A stretch of DNA of 48,974 bases, counting the filler, from Dirinaria sp. TL-2023a (Eukaryota), in assembly GCA_051941275.1 (NCBI GenBank). It is 2 parts of 2 records of this genome, joined end to end, with 100 filler letters (N's around TTAATTAATTAA, not from the genome) between each part and the next. Parts side by side here need not be neighbours in the genome. Positions count along the whole stretch, not along the records: positions 1 to 24,453 come from JAVEBF010000187.1; 1 more part is not named here. One strand, 5' to 3'. The notes beneath the pieces were generated by a model. The model was not told the DNA's origin and did no database searches. It was given only the letters and a program-made list of their open reading frames with translations. Position 1 is the stretch's first letter. The number at the start of each line of letters is the position of its first letter. The position numbers and the translations under genes are program-made. Below are positions 1 to 9,441 of the stretch, piece by piece.

Positions 1-105
1 GTGCGGGATGCGTTAGGAGAGGATGATCAGGAAGGGATCCGGGCGATCTTGGGCGGGAATGCGGTTCGGGTTCTGGGTTTGGATGTAGACGGGGATGCGA
101 CCTGA
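1..105 (+). CDS. 3' end (partial) of an amidohydrolase_2-family protein, most like fungal uracil-5-carboxylate (isoorotate) decarboxylase / ACMSD-like enzymes
   Basis: Frame 1 reads VRDALGEDDQEGIRAILGGNAVRVLGLDVDGDAT* (TGA 103-105). ILGGNAxRxLxL is the typical C-terminal motif of amidohydrolase_2 decarboxylases. Only 34 codons are visible. Confidence 0.55.
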   Translation: MRDALGEDDQEGIRAILGGNAVRVLGLDVDGDAT

Positions 106-728
106 GCCTGACGAGTTTGCTTTTCTTTGAATTGAATTGAATTAGAAGAGAAGACATCGCAGACCCCCTTTCAAGAAAGAAAACTTTGAGAGTTTTCTGT
201 GTGATGGATGAGAGGATAATTTTTAATCCGCATCTGGTAGAATTAATGAATCAATTCTGCTTTGCGTACTACTCATGTATGATCATGTCCCTTCCCACTG
301 TAAACCTTGATGGAATTGAAGAACTTGAAAAACGCCCCAACTCTTTTCGCTTCGCTAAGAATGATGATACATGTGTCTGATACCTATGGAATCTGATGCT
401 TTCCCTGAAAGTTGCCAAGAAGCAGTAATAGTCCGTGAGAGTACCGTGAGTGTGTGGAGAGGCAGAAAGTGATGATGCTTGATTAAACGCTAGGTAGCTG
501 TAGTCTGGATTGTCAATAGACGTCTTTAGCTAATAATGGCATCCAGGTTTAAATACGTTTAGCGGGGTTGGAAGATATATCGATGTTTTTGTAATTCGCC
601 GACCTCGAGACAGATAGCGCTTTGCGTGTTGGAGGGGAAGAGGGAAAACTGATGATCCTTCATCATCGATTTCCGTAGTGCGGGTTAATTGGTTATTGGC
701 CAAGACATGATTGTGGCCAATGCATAGT

Positions 729-2084
729 TCAAGCCATTCTCTCCAAATCCTCCTCCGGCAGCGGGTCCCCTTCATAAGTATCCGCCTTCGCATACGTCGG
801 CGGGCTAACGGGAACATCGTCATACATCGGCGGCTGCTCCTCATCCCAACTGATCCCCAACCCAGCCCTCTCGGTCATGACGAGCTTGAAATGCATCCTC
901 AACACCCTAGCACTCCCGGTCGGGACTCCCTGCCCAGGATTTCGATGCGAACACTGCTCCTCTGCCACGATGATTTCGATGGCGAGGTTGTGCGTGACCC
1001 CTAATCCCGTGGGGGATTCAACATCACAGAGCGGATTCGAGCCGGGGATCATAGAAATGGGGAACTCGCATTCGATCTGGCCTCCTTCGGTGCTGAAATC
1101 CGTTTTCCAGCCTTCGCGGATCTCCTCCCGCCCAATCTCCCTTACATCCTCGTGGAAGACGCCTTTACCTTCGCCGCCGACTTTCGCGGCGTGTTTCTTG
1201 CAGGCTTCCGAGATGGTCTTGAAGGTCTCGTCGATGCGCCAATGCATACGCCGGATCCGCCAGCGGGCGGTGTTGTCCTTGTGTTTCGTCACTACGCCGT
1301 TCAGGCGCATTTCGACCTGGAACTCGCCGATTGGGTGGATGACGGCGGGCATGACGACGGTTGCGACGAGGTTGGTAGGGGGAAAGATACGGGTCGAGGT
1401 CTTGTCCCCGCTCGGCATCAGAGCTCGCTGGACCTTGAGCACGCGCTCCACAGTGACGGATTCGGCGAAGTTGCTGATTGCTTCTGCCGAAAGAAAATAG
1501 TCGATGGAACCTAATACACCGTGGCACGTTGCTGGAATATGCCCGGGAAGCAGGTAGGAAAAGGGGAAACGATGCTGTTTTCGCGCAAAGTGGGCGGGCT
1601 CGGAAAGGAATCTCCAGCGGAACAGCTCCGTGGTTCTAGAAGTGCAGTCGGGGCAATCGTGCTTGACGGGCTTCTTGGTCGTGACCCTGGCACATAAGAC
1701 CATTTCGAGGGTCTTGATACTGATTTCCGGCTCGTTGAGCGAGAGCACGAGCTGTCCAGAAAGTAGAGCGCCAGTCGACTGTCCGGGTGGGCCGTAAAAC
1801 ACTATCGGCGGGGATTCCATGTCCACTTCCAGCGTCGCTGGCTTCACCGGTGTCATTCTTGGACTGTCTCTCGATCCCTTCGTCGCGGACGGGGAGCCCG
1901 ACCGAGGCGTACCGATGCTGGTTAGACTACGACGCTTGTCTTTCGTATGTTGGAAAATCTCCATGGTTCCACTCCTGGGTTTATGATCGGATCTCTCGTT
2001 GTTGGACCTTTCGTCACTGGAGGAAGATTTGGAAGAACGACTGGGGAGCTTGGAGGTCCGCAAACCTTGTAGTAGCGACGGCAT
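729..2084 (-). CDS. LDB19: Arrestin-like Rsp5 adaptor, Ldb19/Art1 family (451 aa, single exon)
   Basis: ESPPIVFYGPPGQSTGALLSGQL, FPFSYLLPGHIPAT, RIFPPT, WRIRRMHWRIDE, GWKTDF, ERAGLGISWDEEQPPMY and a C-terminal PPTY (PY motifs) match the fungal Ldb19 family. Confidence 0.85.
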   Translation of the reverse strand: MPSLLQGLRTSKLPSRSSKSSSSDERSNNERSDHKPRSGTMEIFQHTKDKRRSLTSIGTPRSGSPSATKGSRDSPRMTPVKPATLEVDMESPPIVFYGPPGQSTGALLSGQLVLSLNEPEISIKTLEMVLCARVTTKKPVKHDCPDCTSRTTELFRWRFLSEPAHFARKQHRFPFSYLLPGHIPATCHGVLGSIDYFLSAEAISNFAESVTVERVLKVQRALMPSGDKTSTRIFPPTNLVATVVMPAVIHPIGEFQVEMRLNGVVTKHKDNTARWRIRRMHWRIDETFKTISEACKKHAAKVGGEGKGVFHEDVREIGREEIREGWKTDFSTEGGQIECEFPISMIPGSNPLCDVESPTGLGVTHNLAIEIIVAEEQCSHRNPGQGVPTGSARVLRMHFKLVMTERAGLGISWDEEQPPMYDDVPVSPPTYAKADTYEGDPLPEEDLERMA

Positions 2085-2701
2085 GATGTATGAGGGCGGG
2101 TATGCCCGACAAAGGTAGCGGCACGGCAGTATTCCGAGGCCTCTCAGCAGTAGTCTCGCCCCCTGAATGATGAGAGTGTCGATGGGCTGGAAAGGAATTC
2201 ATGGTGAAGGAAGTGGTGTTACTCATCTTTAGTAGTCGTAATAGTAGTGGTGGTGGTAGCGGTAGTGAATGGGGAGAAGGCGTGATGGTGCTGGGGGCAA
2301 TCACGGTCCTCAAAGAACTGGAGTCTGGAGGGTCGAAAGCGTCATTGTAGGAGGCACTTGCGAATTGTGATCGAGTAACGGTCGAGTAATGGGAAACGCG
2401 CTTCCCTCAACACAATTCACCGGTGCAACCTCCGGTCGTGCCTGCTCCGTCTCTCTGCACTCTGGCAGCCAATGCAATTGCCTCAGCCGAATCACGTCAT
2501 GCAGAATCAGGGAACAGCTGGCTCAGCAGGCATCACTAGCCAATATTGGAGATTTTTCATTAGGTAAAGTAAGGTGGCTCCTATGAGTCCTAATCACGCT
2601 TTTGGCCCTACACTAGTGCCGCATTCGGCAGCAGTATGCGGCTCCCTTGGACATTCACACGCATCTCCGCTGCCTCCGCTCCGCCCCTGCCCCTGCCCCT
2701 G

Positions 2702-2735
2702 CAATATGTACACCTACAATATGTGCACCTACAAT
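2702..2735. repeat. 15-bp direct repeat, 2.3 copies (CAATATGTRCACCTA), preceded by (GCCCCT)3
   Basis: caatatgtacaccta caatatgtgcaccta caat, read directly from the sequence. Confidence 0.8.
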
Positions 2736-2835
2736 CCTCCCCGACGCCGACGCTCACCCATGTGCTTCTCGACAAGTCTCAGTGCGTCAATCCATCAATT
2801 CAGGCTGTCTCCGCCTCTTCGACCCTGGTATTGTC

Positions 2836-3300
2836 AAAGATTAGCTACATCCGACTTCGATCAGGAAACACGATGGACTCACCTGCTTGAGGGTAATCAT
2901 AGACATTGGGTTTCGTGTCCAACTCTAGCTCGACAGATTAGCACCATCTAGCTCCGACCAGTAGAGACGATGATGATGGCGGTGGACCCACCTTCTTCTT
3001 TGATGCCCAGAGTGCCTGCTTGGATGCATGCCTGCGCAGGTGCTTGAGGGTACGCGTGCACGTTCGGTTTCGTGTCGATTGCTAGAATTGGAGAAATTAG
3101 CTGTCTGTAGCTTCGATCAGAAGAGAAGATCATGATGGACTCACCCTCTTCTTTGATGTTTGGGATGGCCTGCTGGTCATCCTCGGGGAAGATTAGGCGG
3201 TCGAATCCCATGTCTCTGTCCCCGTCCCAATCTTTTACATGAGAAATTAGCGACATGTGCCTTTGATCAGGAATAATCATGAACGTACCTTCTTTGGGCG
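2836..3300 (-). repeat. Four degenerate copies of a coding repeat unit, spanning the 3' end of the orphan ORF and continuing past its stop
   Basis: Minus-strand units: KEGTFMIIPDQRHMSLIS / KEEGESIMIFSSDRSYRQLISPILAIDTKPNVHAYPQA / KEEGGSTAIIIVSTGRS*MVLIC..(frameshift)LELDTKPNVYDYPQA / GESIVFPDRSRM*LIF. Confidence 0.7.
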
Positions 3301-3772
3301 TGAGCATCGCGGAATCCGTCTCCGTCGCGTCCAAATCCGGCATGTGCTGGTCGTAAAATGCGATCCAGCTCTTGTGGTAGTCCTTCCAACGTCGACACTC
3401 GTGGCGGCTAAGTCCACGCATGTCGCCCACCATCTTGGCCGCGATGAGGAAGTCTTCCAGGATCTCGAGGTCCGGCTTCGGCTGTTTGCCAGGAAAACGC
3501 TCATCAATCCCTCCAGCCGCCGTTACCTCCTTGTAGATTAGGTGTATAGTGGACCCGTTCAGCAGCACTCGGTAGTCGACAGCGCCTTTCTCGCCCTCTC
3601 CGGATGCCTGGCAGGACTTCATGACGCGCGCGATACATTCATCAATCAGAGTCATGCCAGATTGAATAGGGTATCCAACGGTATTCTTGGCGATCATGAT
3701 CATCGCCACAGCATCATAAGGGACAACAATTTCATGGCCCTCATGTTCGAGTTTGATATTTTCGGTAGCCAT
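2948..3772 (-). CDS. Orphan/hypothetical protein (274 aa) with internal repeats, probably truncated at the C-terminus
   Basis: Long ATG-initiated ORF with protein-like composition and internal repeats. No family recognised. An in-frame stop lies shortly upstream of the ATG. Confidence 0.55.
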   Translation of the reverse strand: MATENIKLEHEGHEIVVPYDAVAMIMIAKNTVGYPIQSGMTLIDECIARVMKSCQASGEGEKGAVDYRVLLNGSTIHLIYKEVTAAGGIDERFPGKQPKPDLEILEDFLIAAKMVGDMRGLSRHECRRWKDYHKSWIAFYDQHMPDLDATETDSAMLTPKEGTFMIIPDQRHMSLISHVKDWDGDRDMGFDRLIFPEDDQQAIPNIKEEGESIMIFSSDRSYRQLISPILAIDTKPNVHAYPQAPAQACIQAGTLGIKEEGGSTAIIIVSTGRS

Positions 3773-3823
3773 CTTGATCGCTTTGAATCGTCGAACTTAA
3801 TAGGCTTCGATTTAGGAAATAAA

Positions 3824-4469
3824 CTATGAGCGACTAGTGTTCTTAGCATTTGAGAATATGAAATGAAAAGTAGTTTCCATAATGCATCAAGTTTTGAGCT
3901 TCAGCACTTACTTTGAAGGAGACTGTATATAAGATTGCACAATTCTGGCTGGGGCCACTTGTTGTGAGCATGCAAATATCTCAGAAAGGGACTGTCTGCT
4001 CCTAGCATTAGAACTTGAACCAAGGTACTTACAGAATCGATTGATGAAGTGCAAGAATGAGCGGTCTCTACTAAGAGGTTCAGCAATTAGCGTTCGAATA
4101 CATTAACAGAATCTGTAATCCCGGAACAAAAATCGGGAGTGTTCATACTTACTTCTTTGAAAAGCAAAGGAAAAGGCTTGGTAGTTCCTGAATAGCATTG
4201 TTAACCCTCGAACTGACTGGGACAAGTAAATCATTGATAGGGACACAATATTTCACTGGAGACAATACTTACTTCGCTTCACCAACAGTTGTTTTTGTTT
4301 TATCAGAGTACAAGAAGGAAGAAGGAGGAGGAGTATGAGGAGTATGAGGAAGGAAAGGAAATAAGTAATGATCAAGCCTGCAAAGTATTAACGTCCCTGC
4401 TTTCTCGGCGCCTATGTAAGCAAGGCAAAATGAACAACATCCTACCCTGTGGGACATGCTTCTACTTAC
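3824..4469 (-). other. Five tandem predicted spliceosomal introns in apparently non-coding sequence (spliced leader, 3' UTR or lncRNA)
   Basis: Perfect GTAAGT donors on the minus strand at 4469, 4272, 4152, 4032 and 3911, each followed by a branch-like site and YAG (acceptors about 4378, 4217/4213, 4071/4068, 3949/3945, 3834/3824). Confidence 0.6.
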
Positions 4470-4642
4470 CAGATAGGTTCAATCATGCCAACTCGGCAGG
4501 CTGTCTTCGAGCTTTGCATTGCTCTTCTGACCTCATTCATCCCAGCAGTGGGCAGATATCAGCACGTATATAGTCATTTTTTTATATTGAGAATTTGGGC
4601 AGTCCGAATTCCGAACAAGCCAAAACCCTCCGGTCCCATCTT

Positions 4643-5341
4643 TTACCAGAAAGTATAGCCCTCCCACCAGCCCCATCCGCCGACGCCTAGCACTCCCAGC
4701 AGTGCCAATTCCCATCTACACTCGACCACACTCCAAACCCACAGGGTACCTAGCTCTGGCGCTTGTTTCATGACAGCCATATAAGGATCCTCATTGCTGA
4801 TTTTCACCAGGTAGCCTCCGCATGCCATGGCCATCACGGCAAACCCGATCTGTAACATTGGATGGCTTGCCCTGGGATGCAAGGCGCTGACCATTAAAAG
4901 CAGCAGCGGCGGGGTCCGATTGAAGACAGTGGAAGAAAGAAAAACAGGTAACAGATGAGGCGGGCTAGGAGAGTATTGGTGAGTGACAAGAAATGTGAGC
5001 GTGAAGTGAAGAAGGACCAGAGAGGTGGTGTATAAGACTATATCCAGCCAGGGCGAAGCGGAATCCTCTTTTGAGCTTTCCAATGAGGGTGCAGGAACAT
5101 GAGAAAGAGTACCGTCAGCGTTGATTCTGGTGGTTACTACCGACGCACTTGAAGGGTTGAAGTCAGCTGTCTCGGAGTATGAGTCAGCGAGAAGCTGTCG
5201 CTCAGCAGCGATTTGGAGGAGTGTCTTTTGTTTGGGAGCATCGCGGCTGGGTTGTGCCAGTGGAACTTGCTTTTCCTCCTGGCTCGCTGCTGCCTGTGCT
5301 CGTCTTTCTCTGCGATTTCGTGGAGCCGTGGAGGTGGCCAT
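4643..5341 (-). CDS. Uncharacterised fungal multi-pass membrane protein (232 aa)
   Basis: ATG at 5341 (MATSTAPRNRRERR...). Basic N-terminus, then several hydrophobic helices (LHFTLTFLVTHQY, YMAVMKQAPELGTLWVWSV, WGWWEGY). The ORF-track extension to 5743 overlaps GPI12 and is not credible. Confidence 0.8.
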   Translation of the reverse strand: MATSTAPRNRRERRAQAAASQEEKQVPLAQPSRDAPKQKTLLQIAAERQLLADSYSETADFNPSSASVVTTRINADGTLSHVPAPSLESSKEDSASPWLDIVLYTTSLVLLHFTLTFLVTHQYSPSPPHLLPVFLSSTVFNRTPPLLLLMVSALHPRASHPMLQIGFAVMAMACGGYLVKISNEDPYMAVMKQAPELGTLWVWSVVECRWELALLGVLGVGGWGWWEGYTFW

Positions 5342-5412
5342 GGGCAATTTCGAAAGAAGGAGGGAAGAGGTAGCTGGGAGTGGGAAGCACAAGAAGACAT
5401 GAGGTTGTAGTG

Positions 5413-5446
5413 CCAAGCCCAAGCCCAAGCCCAAGCCCAAGCCCAA
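5413..5446. repeat. (CCAAGC)5.7 microsatellite inside the divergent promoter
   Basis: Read directly; it lies between the ATGs at 5341 (-) and 5543 (+). Confidence 0.9.
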
Positions 5447-5542
5447 TGGAAGCCTTTCTGCAGGTACCCGGCGGCTCTCACTTGCATATTTTCGCATAAC
5501 TTGCTCCGAGGCTTCACATTTCATACTCACAGATGCTGCAGG

Positions 5543-6575
5543 ATGGAAGTTCCAGTGCCATTGATACTGGCACTTCCTGTCCTGCTCACGACATGCTGGT
5601 TTTATACGGCATACTTGTCTCGGACCTCTTTCCAGCACATCCGCAACAAGCGCATCTGCCTCTTGATTGCGCATCCCGATGATGAGGCCATGTTTTTTTC
5701 CCCCACACTTCTCGCCCTCACCGCACCGGAGCTGGGGAATCACGTGAAGATCCTGTGTCTGAGTACAGGTGCGTGCCGCTCAAATTGTGCAATCTTCGCA
5801 AGATCATGAGGATCTGGAGCTGACGGTATTCTGATGCGCAGGTAACGCTGACGGGCTTGGTGACACCCGTCAAAGGGAGCTGCTGGATTCAGCTTCCCTT
5901 CTCGGCCTACAGAATCCCCCAAGTGACGTCTTCATCATAAATTCGCCCGATTTCCCCGACTCCATGACCAAATCGTGGTCGGCCTCGAGTATCTCTAATG
6001 TGCTTTCATCCGCTTTCGTCACTCTATCGCCATCTCCCGTTCCAAATACCACGACCGTGTCTACTTCAAGGGCGACGGGGAAAGCCAACGGTGTGACAAG
6101 CAGGAAAGCTGCAGATTCTAAGGGAACGCCGCCGGTTGCGACGATTGATATACTGTTGACTTTTGATGGACATGGTGTGAGTGGACACACGAATCACGTC
6201 TCATTATACCAGGGTGCAAGGGCATGGCTTAGTGGTTTAATGGCGGAGAAGGCAGGGTGGGGATGTCCTGTGGACTTGTACACTCTATCTTCGACGAACA
6301 TCATTAGGAAATATATGTCAATGGCCGATGCACCCTTTACCTTGTTTTGGGGTGTCCTGAGAGATGCCCTGAATGATGCAAGAGGCCAGAAGCTCGGGAA
6401 GCGAAGTCAGAGCCCGCGGAAGTTGTTCTTCGTGAGCGATTGGACTCAGTGGAGGAGGGCGCAACGAGCAATGACGGATGGACACAGAAGCCAGATGAGG
6501 TGGTTTCGTTGGGGTTGGATAGGCGTTGGAAGATATATGGTCGTAAACGATCTAAGGCGGGAGATTATCAAATGA
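5543..6575 (+). CDS. GPI12: N-acetylglucosaminyl-phosphatidylinositol de-N-acetylase (PIG-L/Gpi12); exons 5543-5768 and 5842-6575
   Basis: N-terminal TM segment, AHPDDE and GHTNH metal motifs, CLSTG|NADGLGDTRQREL restored across a GT-AG intron (5769-5841), TFDGHGVSGH, HRSQMRWFRW...RYMVVNDL. Confidence 0.93.
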
Positions 6576-6836
6576 ACCCCCTTCAAGAAAAAATTGAGCC
6601 TGATTCATCGCTGATCCGAAATCCATAGTGCAATTAGCAGGTAAGTGGCGAATAAAGATTCCGTCGATGTGGTAGTACTTTCTATGACTACATGTAAGTG
6701 GGCTCAGATCTGTATTAGTGCTGGTCAAGTCCAGCAAGCACAGATATTACAAAGAATGAGGATGCGGAGCCGCAACTCTTCTTATCGGCCTTTCTCAGCA
6801 ATTTGGGTCCTGTCAGCTTGCTTTCTAGGACTTCTT

Positions 6837-8536
6837 TTACTGAACACTCTCTCTTAGGATGTCCCAGCCTACGAGTTTCCAGACTTCGCTTATGTACCAG
6901 CCTTTCACGGTTTCATTTATCTCCCTCTCATTATCTGTACCGGAACACTCCGAATCTTCACCAACTGGCATTGGAAGGCCTTCTCCCAATCCTTTGGCGT
7001 CGGCGCCGAAGAATCCCCTCAACATGGTATTCTGCAGCTTGATCCTGGCTTCCGTTGCAAAATCATTATGGTGGCTCTTGGGGCTCTGCAGACGCGGCGA
7101 AGTCATGTTGTAGTTTTGGCGAGTGACGATAGCGCATCCCGGCTCTTTGGGTGTGATTCTCATAGCGTGCCTCAAGAGGTGAATCAGATGAGGAGCTTGG
7201 GCTTCGCGGCTCCCGACATCTTCAGTATTGATCGGCTCCATATGAGGTTTCGTATTCTCTTTGTCGTCCTCGAATACAAATTCTCTAAGCAGGTTCCCAG
7301 TCTGATTCAAGAGAAAGAACAAGATACCATCAAGTATCTCGTTTTCTGTGGTCTTCAGAGGGCCAAGTGCGGTAATCATAGACATAGCTAGCTGCTTTAG
7401 CAATTTGATTGTTTTACCGTTTTCGGCCACATCCATCGTACGAGTAGCTTTTGGTGACAAGAGGTAATCTGCAATTTGCCTTTCGATTCTGCCTTGAGAT
7501 GTTTTACTTTTGGGCGTCGCACCGCGCCTCAATCTCCTTTGAGTAATGGATATCTTGGATATAGTGGATATCTGTTCTAGTAGCCTCTGAAATAAGAGCA
7601 CTGTGTGGTAGATAGGTTGTCCTTGTAGCTTTGTGCCCTCAGAGGTCTGGCCAAGTTTCTGCAATACTTGCATGACCACCGGAAAAAAACGAGCGATAGC
7701 AGTAAGCTTGTCTTCTATTTGCACCTCGACTTTAGCCTGCTGGTGAGCAGCGTTTCGTTCTTGCGTTCGAGTTGCCGTGCTACGAGCGTTCAACTGTACA
7801 CTAGCCGAAGAAATCGGGTCCGTTTGGACGCCAGTTACTACGCTGCGCATAGCCAAAAGAACCCGTATAATGAGACTTTGGATCTCCTTTCCGGACTTTT
7901 TTTGCGAAGTAGCTTGCTGTAGTAAGTAGAAACCTTGTAAGAGGTCGTTCGCTAGGACTCCTAAGTCGTACTCTTCGTAAGGGGCTTGGGACTTGACTTA
8001 CACTGAGGATCTTCCGAAACCCTGAAGCCACTTCCCACGTCATCCAAACTCAAGCGCTGAACCTTGGACGTGGTTTCATGGTCGGTCGTCTTCGCTTTCT
8101 TGCGAGGTTCATCGTGTATCTTTTCCGCAGTGTTCGTGCCATCTCTTTTTCTCTTTTGAAGCTTTGACTGAGAACAAGCTTGTAATGAAGGCTCAATCTG
8201 TCTCTGAAGCCGTTGTTCCAACTCTTCAATCTTGATTTTCAACGACGCCTGTGCTTGTTCAGACTTTTCGTATGAGCTTTTCCAGAAGGTGACACTGTCA
8301 ATATGGCGGTTACTAATATCAAGAGCGCGAGGCCGTCGACCTTCTCGAAAGAAGTTATGTAGATTCGCAAGGTACTCTACAGGCTTCTTTAGCTAAAGCC
8401 TTAAGAAGAAGGCGATATTGTACGTACCTCTTACACTGTCGGTGGCAGGCTTGGACTTGACCAGGAACAGTGCCACAATGAATTTGTCCAAGGGAGGTAT
8501 TCCGGTTGGATTTGAATTCAAATTGGCATGTGCCAT
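6837..8536 (-). CDS. Hypothetical fungal protein; predicted exons 8536-8428, 8376-8002, 7951-6837
   Basis: Two GT-AG introns (8427-8377, 8001-7952) join MAHANLNS...LFLVKSKPATDSVR|EYLANL...DSVTFWKSSYEKSE...KRKR to the 6837-7856 frame, which ends WYISEVWKLVGWDILRESVQ. Coiled-coil and NLS-like segments are present. Confidence 0.7.
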
Positions 8537-9034
8537 TGCCAATGTTCAAACACCTTTTCTTCAAGTCTATACCAACTCATGTTTCATCTTAGGCTGCTGT
8601 ACAGCGCTGAAATCAGTGATTCTAAGCGAGGCCAAGGCTCAACTTTGCACGTGAGGCTCCCCTGGTGCAGTAATTCTTAGACAAAAGCAAGATCAAAGGG
8701 TACCCTTACCCAATGCTGGGTCGCTGCTTTTCCAGATCATACTGTGAGACAGACTATCGAGGTATCATAGTAGTAGGTGGTTCTGGCTTGCGTGCGCTAC
8801 TGTAGAGCCTAACAACCTGACCTCAATACGACAGTCCAGGTCCTCGTACTGGTACACTTGATGCTCAACCGACTCCACGGGAGAACACATGATCAATCGA
8901 ATTATCATTGCTGTGGCGTCATGTAATGGAATTCACTTCAACATCTGGTCCGCAAGGATCATACGAACATGCGTGTATGCAAAACGCATACTCGACACTA
9001 CCAATCGCAAAGAAGATAGGACTACGCACTTACG

Positions 9035-9336
9035 CAAGGCCTCTGCTCTTCGATAGTTGACGCTTTGTCCACATGAGCTTTGAGCTGTGTACTTAGGATC
9101 ACAGGGAGCACACGAGCAATTAAACAGGAAGGAGTGGCCCTCTCTCGGTCGAGCTTGCGACGCTGAAAGCTACTTTATACTTTAAGCTCGTTGATTGATC
9201 AGGGGCCACTCCGTCCAGTTACATTTTGGGACAGCGTTGAGGTACTAAGGTATTGACACATTACCGAAGCATCGGATCAGCCGGTTGGATCTCTGGTCCA
9301 ACAGAAATGGTCATGTGGGTGCAACACGGGGCCTTG
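9035..9336 (+). ncRNA. Candidate structured RNA (unassigned)
   Basis: Long hairpin 9121-9222 (GGAGTGGCCC/GGGCCACTCC, TCGGTC/GATTGA, GAGCTT/AAGCTC) and a closing helix CAAGGCCTC(9035)/GGGGCCTTG(9328). G-U pairs favour the + strand. No family motif recognised. Confidence 0.3.
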
Positions 9337-9441
9337 AACATTGGGTATCTCATTGCTGACTTGCTGAGTCCAAGGGCACGCCTTTCCATCCGTGCCCGGG
9401 TATAACCTGTACAAATGGGGTATCATCTCAGTAGATCATTT

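Noticed and set aside
877..1514. Long antisense ORFs opposite the arrestin gene
   Set aside because: Shadow frames of a GC-rich CDS with no protein-like features.
5342..5743. N-terminal extension of the 4643-5743 ORF including LGLGLGLGL
   Set aside because: It starts at a non-ATG codon, is antisense to GPI12 exon 1 and merely translates the promoter microsatellite.
9028..9045. ACTTAC followed by a closing helix, resembling the U1 snRNA 5' end
   Set aside because: It lacks ACTTACC, the U1-70K and U1A loops, and a correctly placed Sm site. It reads equally well as a minus-strand donor.
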